64,000 bases of DNA from Candidatus Omnitrophota bacterium. Lineage in GTDB: Bacteria; Omnitrophota; Gorgyraeia; Gygaellales; Profunditerraquicolaceae. Below: more notes on the stretch, generated by a model. That model was not told the DNA's origin, ran no database searches, and saw only the letters and a program-made list of their open reading frames with translations. The stretch itself is not shown here. How positions within the stretch are numbered: position 1 is the first letter of the stretch. The stretch spans positions 4,921 through 68,920 of the forward strand of contig JAPLLR010000046.1 of the NCBI GenBank assembly GCA_026387455.1, read 5' to 3'.

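Noticed and set aside
59839-62840. Reading the DLS(N/D)GIQxxDL loops of the tandem repeats as dockerin or EF-hand calcium-binding loops.
   Set aside because: The spacing of the Asp/Asn/Gly positions is one to two residues shorter than the canonical 12-residue loop, so the resemblance is superficial.
59790-63050. A regularly spaced repeat array considered as a possible CRISPR array.
   Set aside because: The period is 201-222 nt with no short conserved repeat and variable spacer structure. The whole unit is in frame and conserved at the protein level.
8148-63192. Dozens of minus-strand track ORFs inside the giant gene, for example 24177..25070 (297 aa), 28065..28856 (263 aa), 31395..32033 (212 aa), 49422..49934 (170 aa) and 62842..63192 (116 aa).
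   Set aside because: They are antisense to a frame with clear domain content. Their composition is Ser/Ala/Leu/Phe-rich low complexity, typical of shadow ORFs opposite Glu/Lys/Ala-rich coding sequence. I noticed no RBS or conserved motifs. They tile the region irrespective of domain boundaries.

Overview
This 64-kb window is dominated by one uninterrupted + strand reading frame, which covers 87% of its bases. The frame starts at ATG 8140 and is still open at nt 64000, giving at least 18,620 codons. The supplied ORF track does not list it, apparently because it has no stop inside the window. Three observations support it. No other frame-1 ORF is listed after 8140. Every printed 60-nt line begins in this frame, and my translation met no stop. 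The whole region is covered by Ser/Ala/Leu-rich antisense shadow ORFs.

The product reads as a mosaic, multi-pass membrane giant protein. In order it carries:
- an N-terminal hydrophobic anchor plus a C39-like Cys-peptidase domain
- several families of internally duplicated modules
- a divergent SecA-like DEAD motor
- an M50 (site-2-protease-like) domain
- a nucleotidyltransferase-fold motif
- an ICMT/PEMT-like methyltransferase
- an SLT lytic-transglycosylase-like domain
- transglutaminase-like Cys-His-Asp cores
- GNAT-like and HAD-like motifs
- a CheY-like receiver domain
- a coiled-coil rod of about 2,700 aa
- about 16 tandem repeats of 67-74 aa

Directly upstream of the giant ORF lie a near-consensus promoter, a GEMM-I (c-di-GMP-I) riboswitch-like aptamer and a terminator-like expression platform. 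Further upstream are:
- the 3' end of another ORF
- two tandem CpaF/VirB11-family secretion ATPases
- a RayT/IS200-like Y1 transposase cassette bounded by perfect 17-bp inverted repeats
- a secreted TPR protein
- a secreted Asn/Ser/Tyr-rich repeat protein

The oddest detail is a pair of paralogous small ORFs (90 and 82 aa), each preceded by AGGAGG. They sit in an alternative frame inside the giant ORF without interrupting it.

The architecture resembles the giant-gene loci I recall being reported from Candidatus Omnitrophota metagenomes; that taxonomic guess is inference only. All domain calls are by-eye motif recognition, and no searches or folding were run. I recognised no rRNA, tRNA or CRISPR array.
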